64,000 nt of DNA from Candidatus Pyrohabitans sp. JdFR-17 (GTDB lineage Archaea; Hydrothermarchaeota; Hydrothermarchaeia; Hydrothermarchaeales; BMS3B). This document shows, piece after piece, positions 63,532-64,000 of the stretch. The notes beneath the pieces are model-generated. The model had not been told where the DNA came from, did no database searches, and saw only the letters and a list, made by a program, of their open reading frames with translations. Each line of letters begins with the position of its first letter. Position 1 is the first letter of the stretch. The translations under genes and the position numbers were made by a program. The stretch is taken from positions 10,475-74,474 of the forward strand of contig MTME02000038.1 in the NCBI GenBank assembly GCA_002011115.2. Reading direction: 5' to 3'.

Positions 63532-63780
63532 CTAACCCTCTGCCTCTCGGCTCTCCCTGTAATCGTCATAGCCTATCCAGGCCATGACAAGGCCAGCGAG
63601 CAACAGGGCTATGCCGAAGCAGGCGGCGAAGGCGGCCAGCAAAGCGCGCCAGAAAGGCACCAACGTTCCGGTACTGAGTACATCGCTAAGCACTGGTATG
63701 CGAACAAAGTACCACACTATTCCCAGGATGATCAGCACCACACCTGAGAGTATCTTTACCATCTCCCCGCTCATTTCCAC
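63532..63780 (-). CDS. small two-TM membrane protein
   Basis: 82 aa with two hydrophobic segments. Lies upstream of and co-directional with the ArsR-like gene. Confidence 0.5.
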   Translation of the reverse strand: MEMSGEMVKILSGVVLIILGIVWYFVRIPVLSDVLSTGTLVPFWRALLAAFAACFGIALLLAGLVMAWIGYDDYRESREAEG

Positions 63781-63805
63781 CGCCTCCAGATAGTGAGAGA
63801 TTAGG

Positions 63806-63856
63806 TAACATGCTAAAATTTTTTACAACATAATGTTACTATAACATGTTGTTACT
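63806..63856. promoter_or_regulatory. cluster of GTAAC/GTTAC-based palindromes (candidate operator)
   Basis: ggtaacatgc, then aacat-a-atgttac, then taacatgttgttac. AACATGTT is a perfect palindrome. The cluster sits in the AT-rich region upstream of the membrane-protein/ArsR operon. Confidence 0.35.
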
Positions 63857-63916
63857 TTAATTTTTTATCAGAAGGGTTTGCAAGCCGAGTGGTTTGCCAG
63901 TTTTAGTATTCCAGAC

Positions 63917-64000
63917 CTACTTCCTAATCACCCTTACCTTCATAATTCTCCTCCCCCTCATCTTCTCCACCCTCAGCTTAACACCGTCTATCTCCACCTC
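63917..64000 (-). CDS. 3' end of an ORF running off the window
   Basis: Hand translation: ...EVEIDGVKLRVEKMRGRRIMKVRVIRK-stop. Too short to assign. Confidence 0.3.
   Translation of the reverse strand, partial: EVEIDGVKLRVEKMRGRRIMKVRVIRK

Overview
Archaeal chromosomal segment of about 70 genes. I infer an Archaeoglobales-like hyperthermophile from TATA-type promoters, archaeal Mre11-Rad50, an ATP-dependent ligase, di-myo-inositol-phosphate genes and a DsrMK/Hdr-like module. All calls come from reading the ORF translations and DNA by eye. No database search, structure prediction or GC computation was run. Housekeeping blocks: rnhB, a TrkA-N/DHH phosphoesterase, a class-V aminotransferase, a PAP2 phosphatase, mre11-rad50, DNA ligase, an ABC-2 exporter, UPF0182, a KaiC-like ATPase cluster, thiC, a radical-SAM (Tes-like) enzyme, IPCT/DIPPS and MIPS. 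A DsrM/DsrK-like redox module sits with a lipoprotein pentahaem cytochrome, an SxxC thioredoxin-like protein and two divergent dsrEFH-like triplets. Accessory, visibly AT-rich material: (1) A tight minus-strand operon at 4819-12800 ends in a 1429-aa Ig/TSP3-repeat protein with a PD-(D/E)xK-like C-terminal tip and a translationally coupled immunity-like gene. This looks like an archaeal polymorphic-toxin cassette, with a repeat relic downstream. (2) An island between about 12.8 and 22.4 kb is bounded by a tyrosine integrase next to tRNA-Thr(CGU). It carries a McrBC-like type IV restriction module whose McrB is split at an A6 tract. (3) An unusual array of three leader-plus-hairpin units sits directly 5' of the tRNA. 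(4) A TnpB-only IS200/IS605-type element. (5) An islet at 56.5-58.9 kb encodes a 434-aa proteasome-beta/HslV-like protein with large insertions, a 57-aa ORF and a small GIY-YIG protein, next to a relic of an RM methyltransferase. The best candidates for something undescribed are (1), (5) and (3). There is also a partial IS6-like transposase at the left edge and a vapBC pair.
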